Under the pieces are notes generated by a model that did not search any database, was not told where the DNA came from, and saw only the letters and a program-made list of their open reading frames with translations. 64,000 bases of DNA from contig JAISIL010000054.1 of assembly GCA_031262035.1 (NCBI GenBank), positions 23,425 to 87,424 of the forward strand. The letters are read 5' to 3'. This document shows positions 28,490 to 36,748 of the stretch, piece by piece; within the stretch, counting starts at the first letter, position 1, and each line of letters starts with the position of its first letter. The DNA comes from Spirochaetaceae bacterium. GTDB lineage: Bacteria; Spirochaetota; Spirochaetia; Treponematales; Breznakiellaceae. The position numbers and the translations under genes were made by a program.

Positions 28490-29686
28490 TTAGTTTTGCA
28501 AATCACTCTGAAGCAACCAATCCAGTACATTGATTTGGCGGATACCCTTGTAAGAAGCCGGTGGAGTATTATCCAGGGTAAGGAGATGCTTGGGGTTGTG
28601 GTCATTGATTTTCATAAGTGGTGCAAGCTCCCGTTTTAGCGTTGTTTCGTCTAGAACAGTCAGGGCTACCTGATAGTATTCTGCATAAGCATTTTTGATA
28701 GCAACAAAATCAATTTCCTGGCTGTCAATCTTGCCTATATAAATTTCATATCCCCTTCGCTGTAATTCAAGATACACTACATTTTCGAGCATCCTTCCCT
28801 GATCGGCTCCTTTGCTCCCCAAAAGATAGTAACGAAGACCCACATCGGCAAGATAATATTTATCGCCGGTTTTAAGTCGCTCTTTGCCCCGAAGATCGTA
28901 GCGTCCTATCTTATACAATATGTAACTATCGCTAAGCGCCGATAGATACTGCTCTACCGTATGAACCGAAATTTTCCGCCCACTTGATACCATTGTATCT
29001 GCAATCTTTTTCGTTGAACAGAGATTACCGATATTATCAAAGAGAAAGCTCACTACACTTTCCAGCATCATTGCATCACTGATTTTTTTTCGCTCAATAA
29101 TATCCTTGAGTATCACTGTATTATAAATTCCTGCAAGATAATCCCTGATATAATTATAGTTTCCCTCTAATTCAAGGGTATAGGGGAAAGAGCTATTTAC
29201 CAGATACTCAGTATAAAGACGGCTGTAATCCGGGCCCTGAGCACCGGACTTTTTTACACTGCAAAACTCCTTGAAAGACAGAGGCAGCATAGAAATTTCA
29301 ATATAGCGGCCTGCAAGAAGCGTGGATATTTCACTGGAGAGCATCTTTGCATTTGAACCGGAGAGGTATATGTCAATGTTTCGTTTAAGGAAGAGGCCAT
29401 TCACTGCCCGCTCGAAATTCGGTGTTAATTGTATTTCATCCAGAAAAATATAATTTTTGCTACCAGGAACAAGGCGTTCTTTTATGTATTCATAGAGGAG
29501 TTCCCAATCAAGATACAGGCTATTTTCCGGCTCATCGAGGTTTAAAGAGATGATTCTTTCCTTGGGGACTCCCTCGGAAAGCAGTTTTTCTTGAAACATC
29601 TCCAATAAAGTTGATTTCCCGCAACGTCTGATACCCGTTACCACCTTGATAAGGCGCTTATCCTTGAAAAAATCAAGTTTTTTCAT
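28490..29686 (-). CDS. Orphan ATPase (AAA_14 + DUF4143-like)
   Basis: GIRRCGKSTLL Walker A and FLDEIQ Walker B. The ATG at 29686 (MKKLDFF...) is preferred over the track start. Confidence 0.7.
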   Translation of the reverse strand: MKKLDFFKDKRLIKVVTGIRRCGKSTLLEMFQEKLLSEGVPKERIISLNLDEPENSLYLDWELLYEYIKERLVPGSKNYIFLDEIQLTPNFERAVNGLFLKRNIDIYLSGSNAKMLSSEISTLLAGRYIEISMLPLSFKEFCSVKKSGAQGPDYSRLYTEYLVNSSFPYTLELEGNYNYIRDYLAGIYNTVILKDIIERKKISDAMMLESVVSFLFDNIGNLCSTKKIADTMVSSGRKISVHTVEQYLSALSDSYILYKIGRYDLRGKERLKTGDKYYLADVGLRYYLLGSKGADQGRMLENVVYLELQRRGYEIYIGKIDSQEIDFVAIKNAYAEYYQVALTVLDETTLKRELAPLMKINDHNPKHLLTLDNTPPASYKGIRQINVLDWLLQSDLQN

Positions 29687-29829
29687 ATACTCGGTTCTAT
29701 ATACCATATACCGGCTCCTATAAGCAGAGTATACTCTATTCACCGAAAATTGTCAATAGTTTTTGCACTGGAATGCAAAAAAATATTAAAGCAACTAAGT
29801 TTTTGCTTTCCACTGCAAAAACTATCATC

Positions 29830-30327
29830 CTATGAAGCAATTTCTGTCCTGAAGATATACGAGGTCAACAAAAACCCATGGCGTTCAAAAAAGTCATGTG
29901 CAGCATGGTTATTCTTCCCGGATTCAAGGTAAAGGGTTTTAAGCCCCTGTTTGGCAAACCAGGCGAGGTCTTCCTCTAAGAGCTTTGACCCAATTCCCTT
30001 ACCACGCATTTTAGAGGATATAAGTATATCGTTTAACATACCGTAATTGGCGCCGCCGTCATTGTTAATACTGATAATGCTAAAACCGCCTATAGTTCCG
30101 TCTATTTCAGCAACCATTACCTGCGTCTTTTTGCTACTAAGGCATTGCCTGATATAAGCAAGCCATTTTTCTTTTCCCTGCACGGTAGGCTTCCCCGAAA
30201 AATCTGCCACACCCATCTGCATCTCGCCATGCGAAATATATTCCGGGGATTGTGTAATGTGTTCCCAGAAAATATCCATCATTGCCGGAATATCAGCAGC
30301 ATGTGCTTCTCGGATTGTTGTATTCAT
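29830..30327 (-). CDS. GNAT-family N-acetyltransferase
   Basis: 165 aa. Acetyl-CoA-binding region MRGKGIGSKLL. Confidence 0.8.
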   Translation of the reverse strand: MNTTIREAHAADIPAMMDIFWEHITQSPEYISHGEMQMGVADFSGKPTVQGKEKWLAYIRQCLSSKKTQVMVAEIDGTIGGFSIISINNDGGANYGMLNDILISSKMRGKGIGSKLLEEDLAWFAKQGLKTLYLESGKNNHAAHDFFERHGFLLTSYIFRTEIAS

Positions 30328-30427
30328 AGTTCCTGACTAAACATTTTAATGAAAATCAGTATCTTAGTCTATACCTCATTTTTCGGCAAACAGAACGAGC
30401 ACAAGGGTAATGAGCACGAGGTTATCT

Positions 30428-31273
30428 CTACAATTTCTGTATTTCATTAATACTTAAACCTGTGCTCTGTGAAATTGTATCACAAGAAACTCCTAAGCCC
30501 TTTAAGTTTTGTGCAATTTCCCTTTTTACTCCATTCATCCCGCTCGTCCAGTCAGATTCAGCCTTTTCATATTGCTCATATGAACGGCGCAGGGCTGGGT
30601 CTCTTTGAATTCTCTCCATTACGGATTGAACTTTTCCAATTGCTGTGTCCATTTCTATCACCTCCTCCACCACTTCGGGCGGACTGTTCTTATCAAAATA
30701 GGTCAACCAGCGATGCAATGGGTTCTGTAGGTCTAGTTTGCCGTTTCGCTGTAGCTTCCTGAACTTTGGCATTTCTAAAAAGTGTATCTCACAATTGTCG
30801 GTGAGTTTGACTTCTTTATACTGGTCTTCATACAGGTGAAAACTAGTATGAAAGTCATCAATAGTCTTAAAATATTCAAAATCAATGATGTTTATAGTTA
30901 TTACCGGCGACAAGGTCGCATAATCATCCCCTGAGCGAAAATCCCTGGTGAACTTTAAAGACCAATAATACAGGGTTCTTTGCTCCATGTTGTAGTAATT
31001 TTTAATTTGCACCTCAATATTCACACGGGTTCCATCTGCCAATTCGGCTAAAACATCCAATTTTGAGGCTTTCCCGCCTATAAATTCAGCAGGAATGTCC
31101 TTGTTCTCAAGGATTGTAACCTTTTTCAAGCTTCCCTTGCCTGTCCGTTCTAAAACGGCGTTCAAAAAGGACAAAAGTTGTTCCTCATCGCCCTTTTCAC
31201 CCATGGACTTCTGAAAGGCAAAGTCGTTCAGGGGATTCAGGCGTTCGGCTATTCCTGTGTCTATGGTATCCAT
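30428..31273 (-). CDS. Rpn-family recombination-promoting nuclease / PD-(D/E)xK 'putative transposase' (T. denticola type)
   Basis: LNPLNDFAFQKSMGE...LSFLNAVL...KLDVLAEL..GTRVNIEVQ. The ATG at 31273 is preferred. Confidence 0.65.
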   Translation of the reverse strand: MDTIDTGIAERLNPLNDFAFQKSMGEKGDEEQLLSFLNAVLERTGKGSLKKVTILENKDIPAEFIGGKASKLDVLAELADGTRVNIEVQIKNYYNMEQRTLYYWSLKFTRDFRSGDDYATLSPVITINIIDFEYFKTIDDFHTSFHLYEDQYKEVKLTDNCEIHFLEMPKFRKLQRNGKLDLQNPLHRWLTYFDKNSPPEVVEEVIEMDTAIGKVQSVMERIQRDPALRRSYEQYEKAESDWTSGMNGVKREIAQNLKGLGVSCDTISQSTGLSINEIQKL

Positions 31274-31392
31274 ATTTTTAGTATATCGAATTCGAGAGTT
31301 TGTGTCAAGCCCATTCAAATGAACCCAGCAAAGCATCTATGCCGTCGTCAATATTTGTAAAATCAGTGCCTGGCACCAAACAATTTTCTTCT

Positions 31393-31644
31393 TCATCTTT
31401 CCTTTAGAGCATTTATTGTTAATGTAATGAGTTCATCAATGATATATTCAGATAAATCAGGCTAATTTGATTGCATGTTTAAAATTAATAGTTTATTTCC
31501 TTTTGGAATATTCTCATTGAAATAGTCTGCAGCTTCCCGAATGGCTTCATCTAATTCATCAGGTGATGATACAGTAGTTATAACTGGGGCTGTAGAGTTG
31601 TTTATACATCCAGTAAATAACAGAACAATTTGCATAATTAGCAT
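31393..31644 (-). pseudogene. Truncated lipoprotein gene with an in-frame TAG
   Basis: ...LLFTGC...LDEAIREAADYFNENIPKGNKLLILNMQSN-TAG-PDLSEYIIDELITLTINALKER-stop. The sequence reads through as one N-terminal domain that resembles those of the 36745 and 35012 proteins. Confidence 0.35.
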
Positions 31645-31649
31645 AGATG

Positions 31650-31723
31650 AATTGTTGGATTCTTTCCCCTATCTTGAACGAGAAGATATTCTGCAAGCCC
31701 TCCGCTTCAATATAGCACCTTAA
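31650..31723 (+). pseudogene. C-terminal fragment of a DUF433-like small protein
   Basis: ...SIDELLDSFPYLEREDILQALRF. The upstream part of the ORF is antisense to the lipoprotein pseudogene. Confidence 0.3.
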
Positions 31724-31727
31724 GAAG

Positions 31728-32030
31728 ATGCATATGTTTATTAAAAATGATATTGCGTATGCAGGGACTCCGGAAACATATAAACCAATTGTTAATGCAA
31801 TTGAGGTCAAACCCTTGGATAATTACCGCTTGTGGTTTCATTTTTCCGATGATAGTTTTAAAATTTATGATTGCGCATCTCTCATTAATGAAGGCCGCGT
31901 TTTTACTCCCCTAAAAGATAAAAATGTCTTTGATAAAGTTTATTTAGTTGGCGGCGCTCCAACATGGTGTAACGGGACTATTGATATTGCACCTGAAACG
32001 ATTTACGAAGAAGGTGTGCTAGTAAAATAA
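31728..32030 (+). CDS. DUF2442-family small protein (toxin-antitoxin-associated family)
   Basis: 100 aa with V.PLDNYRLWFHFSDDS...FTPLKDKNVFDKVYL..GAPTWCNGTIDIAPETIY. Confidence 0.6.
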   Translation: MHMFIKNDIAYAGTPETYKPIVNAIEVKPLDNYRLWFHFSDDSFKIYDCASLINEGRVFTPLKDKNVFDKVYLVGGAPTWCNGTIDIAPETIYEEGVLVK

Positions 32031-32032
32031 TT

Positions 32033-32060
32033 AACCGCGAACCACGCCAACCTCGCGAAC
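32033..32060. repeat. AACCGCGAACCACGC-type short repeat, copy 1
   Basis: AACCGCGAACCACGCCAACCTCGCGAAC, near-identical to 55499-55526. Confidence 0.6.
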
Positions 32061-32261
32061 ATTATTCCATATCAAACCTACTTAGTCGCTGAGGCGTTTG
32101 GAACAAAATATGCTTGGGATTTCCTTTTTGAGTTAGTTCCCCCATTTTGTACCAAATTTACTTTTGCGATGCTATTGATTATACCTATACCGGATGGTAT
32201 AATCTGTAAAAGTAGATCAGAAGTTGATAGAACTTCAATACTTGCCTATAATACTATTCTT

Positions 32262-33785
32262 TTACCCCCAATAATTCTGCTCCTTGCCACATTTTATACA
32301 TCTCCGCTTAAATATGCCTTTAAATTCCCCACCACAATAGGCACACCTACCTTGTCTTTGCCACACCATTTGCATATTTTTCTTAATTATTTCATTAGCT
32401 TTACTTATGTCTGTTTCAGCATCTTTAATTTTTTTCTCTATTTCCTTTATGTGATTGGGAATTTTATTCAACATATCTTGTAATCGCATTAATTTAGCAC
32501 TTTCAATTGCGTTTTGTGCTTTTCCCAACGAGAAATGGTCATCTACGCCTTTGAGTAAATCCTCAAAGTTTTGTTCGCCAATCGTATCAACGATGTATTT
32601 CCGTAATGCCGCCACAGCTACCCGGAGGTCTTTTTGATAAAATTCATCAATGACACTTTCGTCAATTATTTGTAACGCAAAATGATTTTGCGTCAAGTGG
32701 TCGTCCAAGGCGTCGATATTTGTCTGCAATGTAGAGATCATCGGCTTAACTTGGTTTTCTGCGTTTACACCAGCTTTCCCTAACTCGACAGCGGATGATT
32801 CCACTGCTTGAAAAGATTTCGCTTTTTCAATATTTGCTTTCAATGAATCAATCGTGGCATTAATTTTATTTATGATCTTATCGAGTCCATCCTGGTCGGC
32901 AACTTCGTTATAATCGAACTTAGTATTGAACTGTTCTGTGAGTAATGCATTTATGGATTGAGACAAATCATCGAGCTGTTTTTTGTCTAAACCGTCCAGC
33001 ACTCCATCTATTTGTTTAAGTATTGCCGCGTTTCTCTGCATTAAATCCACATTGCGCCGATATATGTCAACCATGTAATTTTGTATGCTGTCTTGGCTAC
33101 AAAGCTTTGCAAAAAGTTGATTTATTTTTTCGATACTTTCTTTGCATTCCTTACGCGCACTGTTATCATCAATCAAATCATCAGATATCACATAAATGCG
33201 CAAGGCAATCGTGCATATATCAATAGCTGCAAAAAGATCTTCGGCTTCATCGCTATCGGCAAGGTTGCTTACAATTCCTTCAAGGCGATCAATCACCGCA
33301 GGAATGTCCTCGTCAATAGCCGATATCGCATCACTTGTGATCTCTTCCAATCTTTCTTTGGCTTCTTCTTTAGCCTCAGTAAGTCTGTTGATGGCATCAT
33401 CGTGTTTTTCGGATTGCTTACGGATTTGCTCAAGCAGGTCGTTATGTATTGGTACTAACCTATTATACTTGTTTATATAAGAATCCATCACACTTCCATC
33501 ATAATGTGTGTACTCTTCCATTTCGTCCTTAACTTGAGAAAACTGAGCACTTTTTACTGCGATGTCGCTTTTCATTTGACTTATATCAGTTTCAAGCCTA
33601 TCTACTTTGCCTTTATATCGCTCCATCTTTGAGTTAAGATTACCCATGGCTTTCTCATACCTGGGACATTTGATGTAATCTGGTAAATCTTTCTTCTCAA
33701 TTTTAGGTATGTTAAGCAGAGATATTGCACTCAACTTAGCATAATCCAACAACTGTGTAATTTTTTCAGACACTAACTCCTTCAT
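32262..33785 (-). CDS. Long coiled-coil protein with a C-terminal zinc ribbon
   Basis: 507 aa. Heptad-rich, charged sequence ending ...RQGRCAYCGGEFKGIFKRRCIKCGKEQNYWG (CxxC...CxxC). AT-rich gene. Confidence 0.55.
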   Translation of the reverse strand: MKELVSEKITQLLDYAKLSAISLLNIPKIEKKDLPDYIKCPRYEKAMGNLNSKMERYKGKVDRLETDISQMKSDIAVKSAQFSQVKDEMEEYTHYDGSVMDSYINKYNRLVPIHNDLLEQIRKQSEKHDDAINRLTEAKEEAKERLEEITSDAISAIDEDIPAVIDRLEGIVSNLADSDEAEDLFAAIDICTIALRIYVISDDLIDDNSARKECKESIEKINQLFAKLCSQDSIQNYMVDIYRRNVDLMQRNAAILKQIDGVLDGLDKKQLDDLSQSINALLTEQFNTKFDYNEVADQDGLDKIINKINATIDSLKANIEKAKSFQAVESSAVELGKAGVNAENQVKPMISTLQTNIDALDDHLTQNHFALQIIDESVIDEFYQKDLRVAVAALRKYIVDTIGEQNFEDLLKGVDDHFSLGKAQNAIESAKLMRLQDMLNKIPNHIKEIEKKIKDAETDISKANEIIKKNMQMVWQRQGRCAYCGGEFKGIFKRRCIKCGKEQNYWG

Positions 33786-33867
33786 AATTCACTTCTCCTT
33801 TCGTAGTTTATCCTCATTGCAGAGTTTTTGTTTTTGACGGCCAATGCCCGCCTGCATATCCTCTATT

Positions 33868-34629
33868 TCAATTCGCGTAACGCGCAGGTTGTCCTACTTT
33901 ACCATGCCAAAACTGTGCTTTGTTAATATCTTTTTGAACACCGATGCCATTTTGATACCAGGAAGATAGAGTGTTACATGCATCGGTATTTCCAAGTTCC
34001 GCCGCTTTTGTAAACCAATAAATTGCTTTTTCAAAATCTTGTTCAATATCTTCATCGCAATAGTAGAGCTTACCTAATCTATTGCATGCTAGTTCGTCTC
34101 CCATTTCTGCCGCTTTTGTCCACCAATTGATAGCTTTGTCCATATTCTTCACTGTATGTTTACCTCTATAATTACAGTATCCTAAATAAAATAATCCTCT
34201 GGCATATCCCTGCTCTGCTACTTTAGTCCACCAGTATGCCGTTTTTTCTAAATCTTCCTCGACACCTTCACCTCTTAAATAGTGAAATCCTAAATGCCAT
34301 TGTGCTCCTATATATCCTTGTTCCGCAGACTTGGTTAGCCAATAAATACCTTTCTTAAAATCTTTCTCTGTAAGATTACCCTTAAAATATGTTTGTCCCA
34401 AATTAAATTGCGCTCTTTTATGTCCTTGCTCCGCAGATTTAGTCCACCAATAGAGTGCTTCCTCATCATTTTCCACAAAGCAACCCAGATCAAACTGCGC
34501 TCCTGCATTACCATTTTCCGCATCATGCCTGAACTTCTCCATGGCATCTATTACTTTTATGCCACCATCACCTGTAGGAACCCATTCGTGTAACATAAAT
34601 TTTTTCTCAGTCTTTTGTTGCATGGTCAA
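33868..34629 (-). CDS. Sel1-like repeat (SLR/TPR-like) protein
   Basis: At least five repeats of the W.TK.AEQG...AQ..LG..Y..G type. No signal peptide seen. Confidence 0.8.
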   Translation of the reverse strand: MTMQQKTEKKFMLHEWVPTGDGGIKVIDAMEKFRHDAENGNAGAQFDLGCFVENDEEALYWWTKSAEQGHKRAQFNLGQTYFKGNLTEKDFKKGIYWLTKSAEQGYIGAQWHLGFHYLRGEGVEEDLEKTAYWWTKVAEQGYARGLFYLGYCNYRGKHTVKNMDKAINWWTKAAEMGDELACNRLGKLYYCDEDIEQDFEKAIYWFTKAAELGNTDACNTLSSWYQNGIGVQKDINKAQFWHGKVGQPARYAN

Positions 34630-34644
34630 AAATTCCTTTAAATA

Positions 34645-35022
34645 TCCTATAATATTTTAAACCGCTTAAAGCGGTCTATTCACCTTAAGAATAAGAGTTT
34701 ATCTCCAGATTGTGCAAAAATATCATATAGAATGAGAGGAAAAATAGTTAACAACCCACTCAAGCTCCATAAAGCCAGGGCATGACTCTTAAGTTTCATC
34801 TTTTTTTGCACTTTATATTCTCCTACTGTTTTTAATAATCACTTATAGTTGTAAAAAATATACAATATTATACAACATTATGTGATTGTTGTCAAGTACT
34901 TTTTTTAATTTTTTTTAATTTATACTAAAAAAATAAAAAGAAAGTTTATGGTTAATATAAGAGATGTTTTTGCTGCTAATTTAAAGAAGTTTCGGCTTGC
35001 AGGAAGTGGAGTCAGGCGGAAT
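34645..35022. repeat. Divergent promoter/leader + XRE 5' module, copy A
   Basis: About 375 bp collinear with 41748-42128, from TCCTATAATATTTTAAACCGC to GAAGTTTCGGCTTGCA.GAAG.TGGAGTCAGGC.GAATT. Confidence 0.85.
34848..34876. promoter_or_regulatory. Candidate operator (copy A): 9-bp inverted repeat with an 11-nt spacer
   Basis: GTTGTAAAA-N11-TTATACAAC, at the same position and spacing as the perfect copy at 41952. Confidence 0.35.
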
Positions 35023-35024
35023 TT
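34948..35024 (+). pseudogene. Truncated XRE-family HTH gene (first ~25 codons only)
   Basis: MVNIRDVFAANLKKFRLAGSG... matches the N-terminus of the intact gene at 42044. Homology ends where the 3' end of the convergent 35012 gene begins. Confidence 0.6.
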
Positions 35025-36748
35025 AGGACCAATAAAAATAATAATAAGACTCCTAAATAACCCAGTCCATATAAAACAGGTCCATAGTCGTTAAAAAACT
35101 TTTGGATAGCTATTTGTATCCTCAATCTTTTTCTTTCTCTTTCTTCTTCTTCGGCTAACTGTTCCCTTGTTTTACCATCTCTGTTTTTACCATTTCTATC
35201 AAAACCATTACTGTCGTAGCCGTTTCTATCGTAGCCATCTCTGTCTCTATCATCTTTGTTGAAACCGTCTCGCCCATAACCATCTCTGCCATAACCATCA
35301 CGGTTAAATCCATCGTTGTTATACCCTTCATAGTCATAACCTTCAGCATCGCGGTAGAGGTCTGTGGTGATTATATTCAAAATACCCTGCTGCCCTGCTT
35401 CTGAAACAGACATGTTGTTCACTCTGGTAAAACGCAGGGTAATGTTATCTGTTATCTCGTCAATATTCACCGTATCAAAGGTCAGGTTTTGCATGGTAGA
35501 AGGGTTGAAAGAAGTCGTCATGGTAAGCCCGGCGGCAGTCGGATTGCAAGTCCAGCTTCCCACAAGGGAAATACTTTTCCTGCCAATAACCTTGCCGTTG
35601 CTGTTAACCAGTTCTGCCTGAACAACAAGGGTTTTGCTGCCGTTCACAAAAGGCTTTAGCTTTGATACACTCTCCTGCGGCCAGTTCGAAAGGTCCCACT
35701 TTGTGCGCCCGTCGCCTTCCGCTTCCCGCACTGCACTGGTTAAACCCCGCTTTATATCCGTAACCGTTTTTGTAACAGCGGTCGTCCAATCAGCGCTCTG
35801 ACGCATGGTGTATTGGAAGCTGATTGGCGCGGTATTCTGTGTATAATTTATAGAGTTTATGTCATAATGAACAACCGTAGAATACACAAGGGCATAAGGC
35901 TGATTGTATGCTTCTTTAGGGTCATTAAAAAAATCGTTCACAGATTTTTCTGTTTCGCTTAGTTTATTCACCCAATCTGTCCGCCATTGAATATCATTGC
36001 GAATGGCATCGGTTAATCTCCCTGTTGATATATCGCGCGCAATCACTGTAGCTCTTTGTGCCGCATCCATAAGCGCAGGGCTCAAACCAGCTGCATACGA
36101 ATACATAAGACTATTGACGCTTGTCGGGTCTGCCGCAAACTCAGCATCGGCACGGGCATTGCTTGCCCGGGCATTTGCGTCAATTGCACTCACATCATGC
36201 AGAACTGTTTTGCCCGCATCTGTCAACTGTATACCTAGGTCTTTTAAAAAACTTTCACTTGCATCTTTTAATACCGAAAGATTGCGTATACTTTTTTCGT
36301 TTGTATTGGCAGGCCCAAAACTTGCCTTACGTGTCCCACGCCCCACATCTGTTATAGCAAGGCTTAACACATAGCCACCCCGTATTTCCTGCAGAGTTCC
36401 TGTTACGATATAGCTTGCCTTGATCATCTTTCCTATTTCTATCGCGTCATCCTGTGAATATTCTTCACCTTCAGCCTTTTTCTGTTCGGCAACTATCGAA
36501 TCAAAATTTGCTCGATTGAGCACTGTCATTCCGCTGAATCTCTGAAAATCAGAGGACAGAGAACTTTGTATTAACGATGAAAGCTCTGTTCCCTTGCTGG
36601 CTTGGCTGATGGTGCTTACTATTGGAATGACTGCAATACTTGACCCGGAGCCAGCGGAACCGGTGTAATAAGTGCTTTCTTGCCCAAAGACTATCGTGCA
36701 GCATACATAAAATGTAAAAAAATGTAGTATTGTGAATATTTTTTTCAT
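35012..36748 (-). CDS. Secreted protein with N-terminal CsgG/LpoB/FlgO-like domain, paralog-specific middle, G(Y/F)xRDG repeat tail and C-terminal TM anchor
   Basis: Signal peptide. SIAVIPIV...DFQRFSGMTVLNRANFDSIVAEQK...IGKMIKASYIVTGTL...LSLAITDV. Nine-fold GY/GF-x-R-D/N-G repeats, an EEEERERKRLR helix and a hydrophobic C-terminus. The start overlaps the upstream stop by 4 nt. Confidence 0.6.
   Translation of the reverse strand: MKKIFTILHFFTFYVCCTIVFGQESTYYTGSAGSGSSIAVIPIVSTISQASKGTELSSLIQSSLSSDFQRFSGMTVLNRANFDSIVAEQKKAEGEEYSQDDAIEIGKMIKASYIVTGTLQEIRGGYVLSLAITDVGRGTRKASFGPANTNEKSIRNLSVLKDASESFLKDLGIQLTDAGKTVLHDVSAIDANARASNARADAEFAADPTSVNSLMYSYAAGLSPALMDAAQRATVIARDISTGRLTDAIRNDIQWRTDWVNKLSETEKSVNDFFNDPKEAYNQPYALVYSTVVHYDINSINYTQNTAPISFQYTMRQSADWTTAVTKTVTDIKRGLTSAVREAEGDGRTKWDLSNWPQESVSKLKPFVNGSKTLVVQAELVNSNGKVIGRKSISLVGSWTCNPTAAGLTMTTSFNPSTMQNLTFDTVNIDEITDNITLRFTRVNNMSVSEAGQQGILNIITTDLYRDAEGYDYEGYNNDGFNRDGYGRDGYGRDGFNKDDRDRDGYDRNGYDSNGFDRNGKNRDGKTREQLAEEEERERKRLRIQIAIQKFFNDYGPVLYGLGYLGVLLLFLLVLNSA

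Noticed and set aside
35155-36374. Alternative-frame and antisense ORFs within the 35012 gene (for example 35155-35349 and 35997-36374)
   Set aside because: They overlap a gene with paralog support and have repeat-derived or low-complexity translations.
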